From contig CP067995.1 in the NCBI GenBank assembly GCA_045159875.1, forward strand, positions 1,472,001-1,536,000: a stretch of 64,000 nt of DNA, written 5' to 3'. The notes beneath the pieces are model-generated. The model was given only the letters and a program-made list of their open reading frames with translations, searched no databases and was not told the DNA's origin. A program made the translations under genes and the position numbers. This DNA is from a cyanobacterium endosymbiont of Rhopalodia gibba (GTDB lineage Bacteria > Cyanobacteriota > Cyanobacteriia > Cyanobacteriales > Microcystaceae). Below are positions 34,106-45,807 of this stretch, one piece after another. Positions within the stretch are counted from its first letter, which is position 1, and each line of letters begins with the position of its first letter.

Positions 34106-34654
34106 TTAAGTAAAATGTTTCTCGAGTAAATTATCCACTTGTCTAATACTGACCTGATTATATTCAATTTTATCGGGAAAAACTACTATATTCGGTCCTT
34201 TTTTACACTGTTTAAGACATCCCGTTAACCTAATTTCTACTTGATTGCCTAAACCGCGGTCAACTAATTTGTTTTTTATTTGTTGATATAAGGTTCGTCC
34301 TCCTCGCTCCCAACAGTTAGCTTTTTTACAGACTAAAATCTTCTTTTCACTAGCTTTTTCCGGCATAATCATTACACAGGGTTCTTGAGGTTGAGTTAAA
34401 GTTTTAATAGTTTTTGCTCTAAGCTTAAAAATTCCCATCCTACCCTTTGTTTCTCTAGTTCCTTGAACTTCTAGCCAAGCTCTAGGAGAAAGCTGGGTAT
34501 CTAGGCAAACTCCTAATTTTTCAGGGATTTCAACCCAAAATTCCCTCGAAGTCACTCTAATACGCAGATATTTAGTTTTGACTCCGTCTTTCATGACAAA
34601 GCTTTCTAATTGACCAATAAGGCGGAAGGAAGAAATTGTTAGAAACTTTGACAT
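34106..34654 (-). CDS. Thioredoxin-like (2Fe-2S) ferredoxin domain protein
   Basis: ILVCKKANC..RGG and TGCLKQCKKGPN. Confidence 0.82.
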   Translation of the reverse strand: MSKFLTISSFRLIGQLESFVMKDGVKTKYLRIRVTSREFWVEIPEKLGVCLDTQLSPRAWLEVQGTRETKGRMGIFKLRAKTIKTLTQPQEPCVMIMPEKASEKKILVCKKANCWERGGRTLYQQIKNKLVDRGLGNQVEIRLTGCLKQCKKGPNIVVFPDKIEYNQVSIRQVDNLLEKHFT

Positions 34655-34704
34655 GCTTTTTTATTTATTAATGAAGTGATTGATAATTAAGTTTATTAGT
34701 AATA

Positions 34705-34940
34705 CTAATACTGATGTAACTAGTAGATTAATTCTTAACGAGAAGTTAATCATCGCTTGACCACATTCCAAAGCTGGATAACAAAAATAGAATTAGTTAG
34801 ACTTGTAAGAGTTGATTAGTCCAGCAATGTCAGGGAATTTATAAATTTTGAAGACAAATGATATACATTTCAACGATTACTCCAGTCAGCTTCTATGACT
34901 TAAGGTCGATTCTGAGGAAAGACTAGCTTAATTTATCGAT
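34705..34940 (-). pseudogene. Asr1405/Asl0597 family pseudogene
   Basis: Minus strand VIEADWSNR*NVYH, LQNL*IP*HCWTNQLLQV and IQLWNVVKR*LTSR*ELIY*LHQY. Matches W.DRW.VY.RLQEL.IPC.C..NQPL...IQLWSV...SRQEL..WL..CW and sits in its usual place upstream of the ferredoxin gene. Confidence 0.75.
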
Positions 34941-35170
34941 GTCAACAAATAAATATATTTTTGATTATTGCTTTATATAGAAAACTAGATAAATATTTAT
35001 TATTTTCAATAAAACAAATTAGTGTCAAAGACAATTCAGAATTAGAGCAAATCTGGGTTTATCCGTTTTCACCCTAAGCCTAATTTTTTTAATATATTTT
35101 GGGGTATCGATAAACCGTTACTAAAATGAGGTATTTTAGATATGGAAAGTTTAATATAAAGAAGGAAACA

Positions 35171-35734
35171 ATGAAAACGACAACTGCTCATGCTCAGGGT
35201 TTGGTACGGGCTTTTGGAGAAGTGGGGGAAAACTCTGTCTTACTAGACAAGAGTGTTACCATTCCCATTTGTGAAGGATTAAACATATTGATAGCTAGTT
35301 TTCAAGGACTATACCTTCAATATGAAAAGCATCATTTCGTTGTAGAAGGTTCGGAATTCTACTCTTTACATGAATTTTTTAACGAAAGCTACGATAATGT
35401 TCGTGGTCATGTTCACGACCTCGCTGAACGGTTAAATGGACTCGGAGGAATTCCCGCTGCTAGTTTTAGTAAATTAGCTGAATTGTGTTGCTTTAGCCCT
35501 GAAGCAGATGGGTCTTACGGCTGCCGCGAGATGGTAGAACATGATTTAGGAGCAGAACAGGAAGTCATCAAACTACTCCGTAAACAGGCTGTTCAGGCTG
35601 AAAGCTTAGGAGATAGAGCAACTCGTTATCTTTATGAGCAAATTCTTCTTAAAACAGAAGAACGAGCTTATCATTTGGATCATTTCTTGGTTAGCGACAG
35701 CTTGACTCTAGCTTTTATTAATGACGGAAACTAG
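35171..35734 (+). CDS. dps: Dps family ferritin-like DNA-protection protein
   Basis: [23 protein letters not shown] and [15 protein letters not shown] at 35171 preferred (follows aaggaa). Confidence 0.9.
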   Translation: MKTTTAHAQGLVRAFGEVGENSVLLDKSVTIPICEGLNILIASFQGLYLQYEKHHFVVEGSEFYSLHEFFNESYDNVRGHVHDLAERLNGLGGIPAASFSKLAELCCFSPEADGSYGCREMVEHDLGAEQEVIKLLRKQAVQAESLGDRATRYLYEQILLKTEERAYHLDHFLVSDSLTLAFINDGN

Positions 35735-35783
35735 AACTTCCCTAAGATTTCCCTAAGGAAAAACAAACAGTGCCTGATTGAAG

Positions 35784-35809
35784 AAACTCCCATTTCTTAA
35801 TGGGAGTTT
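35784..35809. terminator. Bidirectional intrinsic terminator
   Basis: aaactcccatt-tctt-aatgggagttt between the convergent dps and cobW. Confidence 0.75.
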
Positions 35810-35817
35810 TCATCTTT

Positions 35818-36849
35818 CTAGATTAGTGCACACTCAATCTCTTCCAATGTTAATTGACGACCAATAAATACTAATCTAGTTTGGCGCGCTTCATTAAATT
35901 TCCAAGGACGATCATAAAAGGTATCAAAGCGATCACCGACTCCTTGTAAAACTAACCGCATGGGTTTAGATGGAACATTTACAAACCCTTTGATTCGATA
36001 AATTTCTTGGGTCTTGACTATTTTTTTAAGTTGATTGACTAGGCTTTTTATCTCAAATTCTTGATCTAAAGTTACTTGAACCGAATTAATATCATCATCA
36101 TGATTGTGCTCTTCTTCCTGATCATGATAACTAGGACGATTCTTTAAATTATCCTCAACAGCGGCATTAAACCCTAATAAAATATTAGGATTAATTTCCC
36201 CGTTATCACAAAAAACCACTTTGACTCCTGGTCTTAATTCTTGTTTTAACCATTCTTTGACTTGATGAAGCTGAAACGGTTTAATTAAGTCAGTTTTGGT
36301 CAACAATACTAAATCTGCACAGGCTAACTGATTTTTAAATAACTCCTCAATTGGGGTTTCATGTTCTAGATTGGGGTCAGCCTGTCGTTGCGCTTCTAAG
36401 GCAGCCAAGTCCTTCACTAAAGTCCCTGAAACTAAAGCTTGAGTATCTACCACTGTTACCACTGCGTCTACAGTGGTACTGTTACGAATTTCTGGCCACT
36501 GAAAAGCTTTAATTAAAGGTTTTGGTAATGCTAATCCAGAAGTTTCAACTAGTACAAAATCAATTTCCTCACGCCTTTCTAATAATTTTTGCATAGTCGG
36601 AAAAAATTCTTCTTGGACAGTGCAACATAAACAACCATTGGTCAATTCAATAATATTAGTATTTGAGTTTTCATCCTCATCGCAAATTTGACAATCCCGC
36701 AAAAGTTCTCCATCTATACCTACTTCCCCAAATTCGTTAACCAAAACAGCAATTCGTCTTTGTTGATTATGTTGTAATAGATGACGAACCAATGTTGTTT
36801 TACCCGCTCCAAGAAAGCCAGTGATAACCGTAACAGGGATTTTATGCAT
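35818..36849 (-). CDS. cobW: Cobalamin biosynthesis GTPase CobW
   Basis: MHKIPVTVITGFLGAGKTT, NEFG, NGCLCCTV, ETSGLALPKPL and YRIKG. ATG at 36849 preferred. Confidence 0.92.
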   Translation of the reverse strand: MHKIPVTVITGFLGAGKTTLVRHLLQHNQQRRIAVLVNEFGEVGIDGELLRDCQICDEDENSNTNIIELTNGCLCCTVQEEFFPTMQKLLERREEIDFVLVETSGLALPKPLIKAFQWPEIRNSTTVDAVVTVVDTQALVSGTLVKDLAALEAQRQADPNLEHETPIEELFKNQLACADLVLLTKTDLIKPFQLHQVKEWLKQELRPGVKVVFCDNGEINPNILLGFNAAVEDNLKNRPSYHDQEEEHNHDDDINSVQVTLDQEFEIKSLVNQLKKIVKTQEIYRIKGFVNVPSKPMRLVLQGVGDRFDTFYDRPWKFNEARQTRLVFIGRQLTLEEIECALI

Positions 36850-36994
36850 AATAAAGTTTAGCACACGGCTAAATGATATTTTTATCAACAATTATCCTTA
36901 AAAAAACTTAAAAATATCAAAGAAACTCGTTGATTTTTAGTCGTATTTTTTATGGTATCATCTTAACTCAAAAGTAGCGTAACTATGTTTTAAT

Positions 36995-37957
36995 TCAATT
37001 GAAATTAAATACGAGAGATGCTAAGATTAACACGCCAAATCCTAAACGATACCAAACAAAAATCCAAGTATTACGGTTTTGTAAATAGCTGGTTAACCAA
37101 GCAATGGCTAAATAGGAAAAAATTGTTGAAGAGATAACTCCAATAATAACAGGAAATAAGATTTCTCTAGAAAAGCCTAGGACTAAAACTTCTTTGAATT
37201 CTGCGAATCCTGCTATAGTAATGGCTGGGATTCCTAATAAAAAAGAAAACTTAGCTGCCGTTGCCCTTTCCAAATTCATAAATAATCCGGCCATTATAGT
37301 AGACCCTGAGCGAGAAACTCCTGGAATTAAAGCCAGAGTTTGGGCTAGTCCCATTAATACTCCGTCTTGTAATGTTAGTTCTTTAAAATCTCGTTTATGA
37401 GTTCCTAACTTTTCTGACAAAGCTAACATTACAGCCATTACAATTGAAGCAATTGCGATAGCCCCTACACTTCGTAATGGAGAATTATCTAAATCAGAAA
37501 CCAACACTTTCCATAACAATCCAAAAAAAACAATGGGTAAAGTTCCCAAAGTAATACCTGCCGCCAGTTGAAAATCATAAGATTTATAGTCCGAGATGTA
37601 GATAGCTTTCGCCATTCCTTCAATAATGTTTGTTAAATCTGACCAGAAATACCATATTACTGCGGTAATACTTCCTAGTTGAATCACTGCTGTAAAAGAT
37701 ACTCCAGGATCACCCCATCCTAAAGCTAAGGGGACAACTTTTAAATGAGCCGTACTGCTAATAGGCAAAAATTCTGTTAATCCTTGTACCATTCCTAACA
37801 CAATAGCCTGAAGCCAGTTAAATTGAAAAATGGGAGTATCAGAAACTTTTAGGGAAGTGGATTGGACAGTTGACGTAAACCCCAAACATAAGCTCAATCC
37901 ACCACTGAAAGCAAAAAAAGCGGCTAATTCTAATGGTCTGTGTTTTGGTTGAGTCAT
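36995..37957 (-). CDS. uppP: Undecaprenyl-diphosphate phosphatase
   Basis: QGLTEFLPISSTAHL and ALIPGVSRSGST. Confidence 0.95.
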   Translation of the reverse strand: MTQPKHRPLELAAFFAFSGGLSLCLGFTSTVQSTSLKVSDTPIFQFNWLQAIVLGMVQGLTEFLPISSTAHLKVVPLALGWGDPGVSFTAVIQLGSITAVIWYFWSDLTNIIEGMAKAIYISDYKSYDFQLAAGITLGTLPIVFFGLLWKVLVSDLDNSPLRSVGAIAIASIVMAVMLALSEKLGTHKRDFKELTLQDGVLMGLAQTLALIPGVSRSGSTIMAGLFMNLERATAAKFSFLLGIPAITIAGFAEFKEVLVLGFSREILFPVIIGVISSTIFSYLAIAWLTSYLQNRNTWIFVWYRLGFGVLILASLVFNFN

Positions 37958-38199
37958 AATAATTGAAAGATTTTTATAAATTTAGAGGATAAAAGTTTCA
38001 GCAATTTTATCAATAAATACTTGATGTCTAAGACTTTTCTCGAAAAATTGAGAAAACTAGAAATTTATCTTAGTAATGACCAATAAATTTAAGCCTAATT
38101 ACCCATTAAAAAACTAAGTTTTGGAAAAAATTGTCAAAGTCATCTAATTTTATACTTGAAAAACTGCTAGCTCATGTATTTTCTCTTAAATATCTCGGA

Positions 38200-38960
38200 A
38201 TTAAGGATAATTTCCAGTGTTTCAGTATTATATTTAAATAATGGTGAAATTTAATCCCAACATATTTACCTTAAACGTAAAGTTTTAGAAAAGAAAGTTT
38301 AAATCTTAGAATATTCTCCTAAGTCTCTCGTATCAGTTCTCTATGAACTTAAAGCTGTCTCTGTCCCTTCCGACTCCCTTCCCTTACCTTTTTTCTGAAA
38401 ATTTGTTTTTAAGGGAATTATCGCTGATAAAACTCGATCAATAATCTGGAAAAGCCTTGAATAAAGCGTAATGTCTTACAGCAGAGCTAGGAAATGAACT
38501 CAAATTAGATCTGGTTAAAATTTCTGGAGTAGATTTTTTAATGTAATCATCCCTTATTACTCTCGAAAGTTAAATTTGTAAAAGATCTCAACATTAAGTT
38601 GTCATCTAAGGATTTCTTTTTGTATAAAATTTATCATCACTCAATCTTAATCCTTTATTCTTAATAGTCTTCCTAACATCACACAGGATCTTCACACTTA
38701 TCCAGGGAATTTTTACAAAAGCGATTATCCAGAAAAGTAAATTTCTTAGTTTTATACAATAGCATTTTACGATTATTTATTCCAAAATAGCCAACGACTT
38801 TCTCGATTACCAAATGATTTTCGGCGAGAATGTGCCTATCGCATTAATACTACAAATGTCTTTAATTTTATCTCTACTTTAACAGATAATTTAGTAAACT
38901 AAATGGCTAAACGCGCCTTATAGAAACGAGATGATGTAAGAATACCGTAAAGTAATTTCT
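38200..38960 (+). pseudogene. Probable decayed gene of unidentified family
   Basis: Protein-like stretch QRLSRLPNDFRRECAYRINTTNVFNFISTLTDNLVN*MAKRAL*KR and higher GC than the flanking desert. Confidence 0.35.
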
Positions 38961-41133
38961 CTAACTATTTTGCAAATACTCAATTCCTAATCTAAACATT
39001 TTTGTATCTTACTCCCGTCGATTTTTTACTAAAAAAACTTATATTTGTCATAAATAAACTGCTATTCAGTTTTATAAAGTATTTTTAATTATTGATTTTT
39101 TATCTTAATTACTGATTTATAACTCCTATCTTTTTTCTAAGCTAATAATCTTAGCTTTTGTCTATTATGGACTCATAATAAATAGATTAAAAGGACAATA
39201 TTTTTTTATCGAATGCAAAGACCATAATTCCAATAAAATAGGTTTTTCAATTTTATTGAAAAAGTTAACACTTTTGTTTTGCTTATATTTAGTCTTTTTT
39301 GTCCTTTGCTTATTAATCTTAATTAAGAATAAAAAACAATAAGTAAACGCTATACTAGAACTATTATTTTTTTATATTCTAGTTTATTTAACTTGTTTAT
39401 TGAATAAAATAAAGTTCTATGATGAGATTAAGTGACTTATTTTTAATATTAAAAATATTAAAAATAATTTAAATATTAGCGTTATTTTTAGTTGACTATA
39501 TTAGTAGTTTCAATATATTATTCAGCAACTACAATCTAAATAATTAGATAGGCAGTTTTTTATTATACTTATATATTTTCTAAATAGAATATATAAGTAT
39601 AATAAAAATTTATATTTTAAGATGAAAAATACAAAAAAAACTACTATTTTTTTTAAAAGCCCATAAATATAGTACATTTTCTAGATTAAGTAGTTGATTC
39701 TTTGGCAAGAAAATATAACTCATCTATTAATATACTTCTATAGTACAGGCAATGATTTTATATTTCCAACTTTACGAATATAAATTTATGAATTATTCTA
39801 ATAACTTTCTTGCCAATCATGTCTAAATCTAATATCTGTAAAGCAGCTGCAGTACTACATTGTCCGGTAGGGACCAATAATCAAACTTAACGGAAGTTCA
39901 AAAGTATTTTGTAGATTTATTCTGATTCTCTTAATCTTTCGTATAATTTTTTGACAGTTATTTTAGTCTAATTGTATTAGTAAACTCTAAAGCTTAAAAC
40001 ATAAAATTAAAAATCTAAGTAACATTATTGAGTATCAATTAGAAAAATAAACTTAGCTAGTCTGTACTTTTAATGATAAAAATATTGTTTTTTGATAAAA
40101 TTTATTAGGTATTAATTATAAATCAAGTTGAAAATATAAATTAATAATTTGCATTTTATAGTTATATACTTAACCAAATATTAAAGTTAAATATTTTTTT
40201 ATCTAAATAACAATAAAATTACATGTCATAAAAAATATTTAGTTTAGCAGATAAACTTTTAATTTTAAAATTTTAAAAAACTCTATCATACCAGCCATTA
40301 ATTTATCGAAAAAATACTTATACTGGATGTATATAAGTTTATTTTTAAACTATATTAACAAAGTTAATTTAATATAGTTTAAAAATAAATTTAATGAAGA
40401 ACTATATTATTCACGATAAAGTCAAAGAACATAGTAAGTCACTAAAATTTAAAGCAGTATAATACAAATCAATAATGCTATTTTAGTAGCAACTACATTT
40501 AATTGAATAGAGTTATTTTTAATAATTAATATTTATTAATGTATAAAATTTAAGTCAATTTCAAGAAAACACATGAATAAATATAAGTTTAGTACTTACC
40601 TTAATTTTAATTTAATTAAAATTGGATTATCCTATTTAGTGTTTATTTAATTAAATATTTTTATTTTTTTTAGAAAAATAAAAATATTTAATTAATATCT
40701 ATCCACAAGAAATATATAAAAACTTCTAAATGTTTTTAACAGACTGCAAATCTAGTTAAGCTAAATTAGCTTTAATAATTTTTAAAATATAATATACATA
40801 TAAAAATATCACGTACTATCTTAGGTTTTTCTACTATAAAGGCAGTAATTTATCAATCGACAAAAATATTATTCTGTGAGTTATCTGGTCATGTTTTAAA
40901 AAAATTATTGAGATTTTAGCTAATTTAACAACATGTTTAATTATTTAAAAATTTTATTTTTAATAAAAATTAGAAATAGTTAATAACTTTATTGAAAATA
41001 CGTATAGAGATAATGAGACGATTAATGGACAGAGTTTCTCTAACTAAATAATGAGGAAATAATAAACCAAAGTCAGAAAATCAATTAAAGTGTGATATAG
41101 CGCGTTAATCAAAATGTTAGAGAAACATACAGC

Positions 41134-43044
41134 ATGCACATAAGTGAAATCACTCATCCCAACCAGTTACATGGTTTATCGCTCCGACAACTAGAGGACA
41201 TCAGTCGTCAAATTAGAGAAAAGCATTTAGAAACAATCGCTGCTAGTGGAGGACATCTAGGGCCTGGCTTAGGAGTAGTAGAACTCACTGTCGCCCTTTA
41301 TCAAACCCTAGATTTAGATCGGGATAAAGTTACCTGGGATGTAGGACACCAAGCCTACCCCCATAAGATGTTAACTGGTCGTTATAATCGTTTCCATACC
41401 CTACGGCAAAAAGACGGCATTGCCGGATATCTAAAACGTTGCGAAAGTCAATTTGATCATTTCGGGGCCGGGCACGCCTCTACAAGTATTTCTGCCGCCT
41501 TAGGAATGGCATTAGCTAGAGATGCTCAAGGAGAAGACCATAAAGTTGTAGCAGTAATTGGAGATGGAGCATTAACTGGAGGAATGGCCTTAGAAGCTAT
41601 CAACCATGCTGGACATTTACCCAATACAAATCTTATGGTTGTCCTCAACGACAATGAGATGTCTATTTCTCCGAATGTAGGAGCTATTTCTCGCTACCTC
41701 AACAAGGTGCGTCTGAGTGATCCAGTTCAATTCCTTTCAGACAACCTGGAAGAACAATTTAAACAGCTTCCTTTCTTTGGGGGCTCTTTTACACCCGAAA
41801 TGGAAAGGGTTAAAGAAGGGATGAAACGTCTAGCAGTTCCTAAAGTAGGTGCAGTAATTGAAGAATTAGGCTTTAAATATTTTGGTCCAATTGACGGACA
41901 CAATCTAGAAGAGTTAATTGGTACCTTCAAACAGGCCCATAAAGTCTCCGGCCCCGTTCTTGTTCATGTTGCCACTATCAAAGGAAAAGGTTATGACCTA
42001 GCTGAAAAAGATCAAGTAGGTTACCATGCTCAAAGTCCCTTCAACTTAGTTACTGGCAAAGCTCATCCGTCCAATAAACCTAAACCTCCCAGTTATTCTA
42101 AAGTTTTTGCTCATACCCTCACTAAACTGGCAGAAAATGATCCTAAAATTATTGGAATTACTGCTGCTATGGCTACGGGAACAGGATTGGCTAAACTTTA
42201 TGCTAAGCTTCCTAACCAATACATTGATGTAGGTATCGCTGAACAACACGCCGTTACCCTGGCTGCTGGACTCGCTTGTGAAGGAATGCGTCCCGTTGTA
42301 GCTATCTACTCCACATTTTTACAAAGAGCTTACGACCAAGTTCTCCATGATGTTTGTATTCAAAACCTTCCCGTTTTCTTATGTCTTGATCGCGCCGGAA
42401 TTGTCGGCGCAGATGGACCGACTCACCAAGGAATGTATGACATCGCCTATCTACGATGTATTCCTAACTTGACTATCATGGCTCCCAAAGATGAAGCAGA
42501 ATTACAACGAATGGTGGTGACAGGAGTTAATCACACTGATGGACCGATCGCTATGCGTTATCCTCGTGGTAGTGGTATTGGAGTTCCTTTAATGGAAGAA
42601 GGTTGGGAACCTTTGTCCATCGGTAAGGGAGAAATTCTCCGTACTGGAGATGATGTTTTACTTTTAGGTTATGGCTCCATGGTAAATACAGCCTTACAAG
42701 TGGCAGAAATTCTCGGAGAATATGGCATTGAGGCAACAGTAGTTAATGCCCGTTTTGTTAAACCCTTAGATACGGAATTAATCTTTTCCCTCGCTCGACG
42801 TATTGGAAGAGTAGCTACCTTAGAAGAAGGTTGTCTCATCGGCGGTTTTGGTTCAGCAGTAGCTGAAGTCTTGTCTGATAACGGCATTTTAATCCCCTTG
42901 AAGCGATTTGGTGTGAACGATCACCTAGTTGATCATGCCACTCCAGATCAATCTAAAGCAGATTTAGGGTTAACCAGTCCCCAAATTGTCGAACAAATTC
43001 TACAGGTTTTTTTTAAGAGTCTTCAACCGTCCGTAATAAGTTAA
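41134..43044 (+). CDS. dxs: 1-deoxy-D-xylulose-5-phosphate synthase
   Basis: [44 protein letters not shown] and DGPTHQG. Confidence 0.98.
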   Translation: MHISEITHPNQLHGLSLRQLEDISRQIREKHLETIAASGGHLGPGLGVVELTVALYQTLDLDRDKVTWDVGHQAYPHKMLTGRYNRFHTLRQKDGIAGYLKRCESQFDHFGAGHASTSISAALGMALARDAQGEDHKVVAVIGDGALTGGMALEAINHAGHLPNTNLMVVLNDNEMSISPNVGAISRYLNKVRLSDPVQFLSDNLEEQFKQLPFFGGSFTPEMERVKEGMKRLAVPKVGAVIEELGFKYFGPIDGHNLEELIGTFKQAHKVSGPVLVHVATIKGKGYDLAEKDQVGYHAQSPFNLVTGKAHPSNKPKPPSYSKVFAHTLTKLAENDPKIIGITAAMATGTGLAKLYAKLPNQYIDVGIAEQHAVTLAAGLACEGMRPVVAIYSTFLQRAYDQVLHDVCIQNLPVFLCLDRAGIVGADGPTHQGMYDIAYLRCIPNLTIMAPKDEAELQRMVVTGVNHTDGPIAMRYPRGSGIGVPLMEEGWEPLSIGKGEILRTGDDVLLLGYGSMVNTALQVAEILGEYGIEATVVNARFVKPLDTELIFSLARRIGRVATLEEGCLIGGFGSAVAEVLSDNGILIPLKRFGVNDHLVDHATPDQSKADLGLTSPQIVEQILQVFFKSLQPSVIS

Positions 43045-44129
43045 GACAATTGAGTAAATGGACGTTATTAAAGTTATTAAACGAACAATGGGGAAGTTCG
43101 TCGTTGAACTCTAGCCTTTAATCACACGCTCAAATATAGTAACTAATTATTTTTAATGTGTTTATGCCTACCTAATTAAATTAACAAGAATAGGGGCTTG
43201 TTATTAAGCCTCTATAAATTATCCATTATTAACTGAAAATTTTAGAGTTATTAAATCTTCATCACAGTGATAAACTTCTAAGATGACAACATTATTTTGT
43301 ATCCTCCTAGATTAAATGTGATAGACTAACAAAAAAAATATCAGTCTAATAATACCCTTTTTCTAGGAAAATTAAAGTAAGTTCAGTTATGAACCTATTT
43401 TTATAATCAATTTAATTTTGATTAAACTGAACCAATAATGTGTAATTAATAAGTAAAATATCAATTCAAGATATTTTATAATATAGATTATACTAAGTTT
43501 ACGAGCCGATAAGTTTTTTTTTAGTTAATCTTAATTGGTTAATCCATCCCACTGTTTTGAAAGTTGTTTATCACTCAAAATAGATAATAATTATTTCAGT
43601 ACCATGTCTAATTTTTTTGCCCTATTTTAGGTAAAAAAATAAACCTTTCTAAAATTAGTTAGCTAACTTTAATGATACTGATATTTAGTGTAATTTATAT
43701 TTGAAATACAAGATATTTTTAACTATCAATATTTATTTTATTTAACTAAGGCAACTTTTTACTTTTTTACTAGTATTTAAAACTCCTATCTAAGAATTAA
43801 GCTTTAGTCATTTAATAGATTACTAACGAATTTTATTAGATAAAATTTGTTTACTATTATTTCGGTTTATGGCGTAAATTTATTCACAAATTTTTTATAG
43901 AATTTGCTAAGATCTATGACAACTTTCTAAATCTTAGTTATAACTTTTTACCCCAAGCTCTTATCTATTTTCCTGTTCTTTAAGATTTTCTTGTTTCTAT
44001 AATTCCTACTTTCACTCCTTTATCTAAATTTACTAGAGTACTAGGAAAAATTATTAGGATAATTTTATACTTTGCAAAGAAGTAAACATATAGTCAAGTG
44101 AGCGCTATTTCTTGTAAAAATCAGTAATG

Positions 44130-44163
44130 ATATTTTAGTTCTTTTGTTAAAGAACTAAAATAT
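44130..44163. repeat. Perfect inverted repeat, 15-bp arms
   Basis: atattttagttcttt-tgtt-aaagaactaaaatat. Confidence 0.85.
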
Positions 44164-44649
44164 AGATGAGATAACACTGCAGTCAATTATAAATGGAAAA
44201 GTATAGCAGAATCTAAAAAAATAAAAAATCAAATTTTTTGGCATATAAAATATGTTGATAATTAAACAAAAATAGCTTAATTATATAGAAATAATATTAC
44301 TCAATAATAATATCAATTATACGTACTTTGCAAAAATAACAAAAAAGATATAAATATTAAATAAAGAGACAAGAGTGAATAGTTTTAAAAAACTATTTAG
44401 ACAAAACTAGGTTTAATAAAAAGTCAAATTTTCTATAAAATTCTAATTTTAGAATAGAAAAAACTGGTTTAATTAGTGATTAAAAAGCAAAAAAATTACT
44501 AGTTTAAGTAAATAAAGTATTTGTAATAGAGATTTATTTAAATCTTAGTTATATCAAAGTTTAGTTTTTCAATGAAAACTAGTAGATATTATTATCTATA
44601 GTAATTTACCTCCTTATAAAGAAAGAACTTTTATAAAAAAATAAAAAAA

Positions 44650-44800
44650 GTTAAATGCGAACTATGATATTTTTTACTTTACTCTACGAATTCAAACAAA
44701 ATCAAGAATTGGTGGTCTGTCGCAAAAACTTTACTAAAACAAATGTTATCTAAATTGAAAACACTTAAAGAGTGTGTAGACATTGCTTTAAAAGCTGTAC
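44650..44800 (+). mobile_element. IS630-family transposase C-terminal relic
   Basis: VKCEL*YFLLYSTNSNKIKNWWSVAKTLLKQMLSKLKTLKECVDIALK matches GCE.WYLPPYSPDLNKIE.WW..LK......F......CVD.AF. Confidence 0.7.
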
Positions 44801-45304
44801 AATATTTTCTTTATTTTTTAACAGTAAAAAATGTATTGATTGCTAAAGAATTCGTCAGTATTTGACGTAGTTATTCTTTTTTTTAAAAAAACACTGTGTA
44901 AACACTTAGTAGAAATTTCTGATTATATATAGATAATTCTGATAAATTTCATTGGTTATACTGTTAAGTTTCTATATAAAATTTATTTTAACTAATACAA
45001 TAATAATTAGCTCTTATTATCTGATTACACTGTAGAAAGTAATGAAGTTAGTAATAAAATAAAATGATGGATTTAGATAACATATTTATGAAATGGCATT
45101 GAATAACCATTTTTAAAACGATCAAATTTTATGAGGGAACAAACTAGATGCATTCAGTTTGTCTTATTTTAATACATAAATTTTTTATTACTCTATCAAC
45201 CTAATTTTACTAGATGTTAAACATCCAAATAAATTTAGTCTATCTCTTATATAACCTTCGCTTAGTAGGGAGAAACTCAGCCACTTTTAAGCAGAATATC
45301 CCGA

Positions 45305-45350
45305 CTTAAAAAGAGTTTAAATTTTTGTAAAAATTTAAACTCTTTTTAAG
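45305..45350. repeat. Perfect inverted repeat, 22-bp arms, abutting the grxC stop (possible terminator)
   Basis: cttaaaaagagtttaaattttt-gt-aaaaatttaaactctttttaag. Confidence 0.93.
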
Positions 45351-45351
45351 A

Positions 45352-45630
45352 TTATGTAGCTTTTAAACCCGTTGTAGTCAAGAGAGCATCTAGTTTACTC
45401 ATTGATTCCAATGAATATAATTCATCACATCCACCAATAGGTTCATTATTAATAAAAATTTGGGGAAGACTACTACGACCTTCAGCTCTTTGTTTCATTT
45501 TTTCCTTTGCTTCATAATCTCCATCAATACAATATTCAGTATACTTTACTCCCTTTTTATTGAGTAAGGCTTTAGCTCGAATACAGAAAGGACAGGTACT
45601 CCAAGTATAAATTTCAACGTTAGCAGTCAT
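45352..45630 (-). CDS. grxC: Glutaredoxin 3
   Basis: CPFC active site, SLPQIFI and IGGCDEL. Confidence 0.93.
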   Translation of the reverse strand: MTANVEIYTWSTCPFCIRAKALLNKKGVKYTEYCIDGDYEAKEKMKQRAEGRSSLPQIFINNEPIGGCDELYSLESMSKLDALLTTTGLKAT

Positions 45631-45807
45631 TTTGATCCTGAATCTAAGTTTTTAGTTTTAAATCTAAATTGTACTAAAATTTACCCCGAGATTAGTTAAC
45701 CATTACCTAAAAACGAAGTAATAGGAACATTTTTAGTTAAGAATTGAAGGTCTAGATAGGTTATTCTAAAATCTAGACTAGTACCTGCTGTCACGTTGGT
45801 CAAACTT

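Noticed and set aside
39835..39900. AAAVLHCPVGT, resembling sigma factor region 4
   Set aside because: Too short, with no flanking similarity.
41727..42887. Four minus-strand ORFs
   Set aside because: Shadows of dxs.
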